A DNA stretch of 64,000 bases, from assembly GCA_030390025.1 (NCBI GenBank), contig CM059438.1, positions 57,166,001-57,230,000 of the forward strand, in the 5' to 3' direction. The translations under genes and the position numbers were made by a program. Shown piece by piece: positions 63,585 through 64,000 of this stretch. Each line of letters opens with the position of its first letter. Position 1 is the stretch's first letter. The notes beneath the pieces are model-generated. The model worked only from the letters and a program-made list of their open reading frames with translations, did no database searches and was not told the origin of the DNA. The stretch is from Squalus acanthias (lineage: Eukaryota).

Positions 63585-64000
63585 CCAGTAAAGGGATGCT
63601 GGCCTGTAGAATGCTGCCATTTTTTTCACAGTTCCAATTGAAAAACTGTTTGTTGAAAGCCTGCAGAAAGTAACGGTGGCTTGATATTAAAACTAGGGCC
63701 ACCCAGAAGCAAAATCCCCATCCCCCACAAGCCTCCCCTGAAGCGATCACTTCTAATGGCACTTACCATCTGGATCCCAGCATGCTTCACGCTGGCTGGC
63801 CACATTGGACTGCACAGGTACATTAGATACAACGTAGGCCTCCGACCTCCTCACCTGGTAATACGGGGATCTGGCACCCGATGCACATCAGAATGGGTGC
63901 CAGATGCCCGATCCTTGGCCTCATGGTTGCCAGGTAACCCTTTGGCCAAGTGTTTCAGAAGAGACTGAATGTGCTGTAACTCCCAAAGCTAAATGTGGCA

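Noticed and set aside
62820..64000. Short ORFs and a possible further repeat near the right edge
   Set aside because: No recognisable motifs, termini or splice-supported frame.

Overview
Eukaryotic, repeat-dominated DNA, most likely from a cartilaginous fish (shark or ray). This is inferred from the HER1/HE1-type CR1 LINE tails, the SacSINE1-like Deu-domain SINEs and a Penelope-type fragment. Positions 1-52914 are one very long head-to-tail array of a 36-bp unit (TAAATGAGTGTGACAGCAGTGTGTTTAATCCCACTA, about 1,460 copies by length), and it continues past the left edge. The long ORFs over it (NPTINECDSSVF, GLNTLLSHSFIV, IKHTAVTLIYSG repeats) are by-products of a 36-bp period. The array has internal structure: a perfectly homogeneous block, an indel-rich block, recurring multi-kb blocks of ordered variants, and region-specific variants. 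It is interrupted once, by a 215-bp solo LTR (39720-39934, TG...CA ends, 5-bp TSD ATGAG, TATA box and polyA signal). The right 11 kb is mostly decayed retroelements: nested CR1 LINEs with a micro-inversion and an inverted templated insertion, L2-type tails, SINEs, and a Penelope end with a degenerate hammerhead motif. It also holds a 30-bp minisatellite, a cluster of overlapping hairpins, a possible exon abutting the array, and a candidate 131-aa single-pass membrane ORF. I cannot show an intact gene or a new functional system from the sequence alone. The best leads are the solo LTR, the array architecture and boundary, the hairpin cluster and the membrane ORF.
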